Positions 63,657 to 64,000 of a DNA stretch of 64,000 nt are shown in pieces; position 1 is the first letter of the stretch; the number at the start of each line of letters is the position of its first letter. Position numbers and translations under genes: made by a program. This stretch comes from an uncultured Chloroflexia bacterium (GTDB lineage: Bacteria; Chloroflexota; Dehalococcoidia; UBA2979): assembly GCA_963728205.1 (NCBI GenBank), contig CAVSIV010000001.1:1152001-1216000 (forward strand). Direction: 5' to 3'. The notes beneath the pieces were generated by a model that had not been told where the DNA came from, did no database searches, and saw nothing but the letters and a program-made list of their open reading frames with translations.

Positions 63657-64000
63657 ATGCCCACCCTCCCCCGACACCTCCACCCCGGTGCGTGGTGGCT
63701 GTGGGCGCTCGGGATGGCGGTGGCGGGGGGCGCGACGCACCAACCCGCTCCTGCTGGGCCTCGTCCTCGCCGTCGCTCGGTCTCGTCGTCGCAAGCCGCC
63801 GCGGGGACTCCCCCTGGGCCCGGGCGTTCCGGCTCTACCTCCTGCTCGGGGCGGCGATCGTCGTCGTCTGCGTGTCGTCCTGCTACGTCCTCGTCGGGCT
63901 CAAGCTCGGCGAGCATCTCCTCGTCCGGCTGCCCGAGCCCGACCCTGCCGTCCTGGGCGGCCGGGATCACCCTCGTTCGGCCCCGTCTACCTCGAGGGAC
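63657..64000 (+). CDS. ECF transporter T component (CbiQ family), partial
   Basis: 'LHPGAWWLWALG', 'TNPLLLG'. Confidence 0.75.
   Translation, partial: MPTLPRHLHPGAWWLWALGMAVAGGATHQPAPAGPRPRRRSVSSSQAAAGTPPGPGRSGSTSCSGRRSSSSACRPATSSSGSSSASISSSGCPSPTLPSWAAGITLVRPRLPRG

Noticed and set aside
1-64000. Frameshifts as programmed recoding or mass pseudogenisation
   Set aside because: They also hit essential genes (ileS, folC), which indicates sequencing indels

Overview
High-GC window that looks like poorly polished long-read sequence: many genes are split by 1-bp indels, so coordinates of frameshifted genes are approximate. It appears to be chimeric. (1) About 1-44250 is the right-hand part of an integrative conjugative element (ICE); a monoderm, probably Chloroflexota/Dehalococcoidia-like host is an inference from gene style only. 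It carries the start of a Gram-positive-type T4SS operon (VirB6-, SLT-, VirB8-, VirB2- and PrgI-like), a complete Tad/Flp pilus locus ending in a membrane LysM-FtsK-like-SARP/BTAD protein and a prepilin peptidase, and a second SARP regulator. It also carries a primase/Rad52/ArdC/RadC/toxin-antitoxin operon, several lower-GC cargo blocks (including a Tat-exported 18-Cys peptide with a MauE partner), IS remnants, and a tmRNA 3'-end fragment as probable att site. The T4SS, Tad and primase operons share one gap-free 41-bp block of 11-bp repeats placed exactly 8 bp before a -10-like hexamer, which suggests a SARP-type master regulon. (2) About 44300-54280 is a hypoxia/NO-type island (cupin, hemerythrins, NnrS, nitronate monooxygenase, DUF488, NuoF-like, ALS) with DosR-like boxes and a DosS/DosR-like pair that lacks both phosphorylatable residues. 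(3) About 54280-64000 begins at an abrupt junction that truncates two genes and is actinobacterial housekeeping DNA: lpdA, ndk, folC, ileS with T-box, and a cobalamin riboswitch followed by an ECF-type uptake operon.
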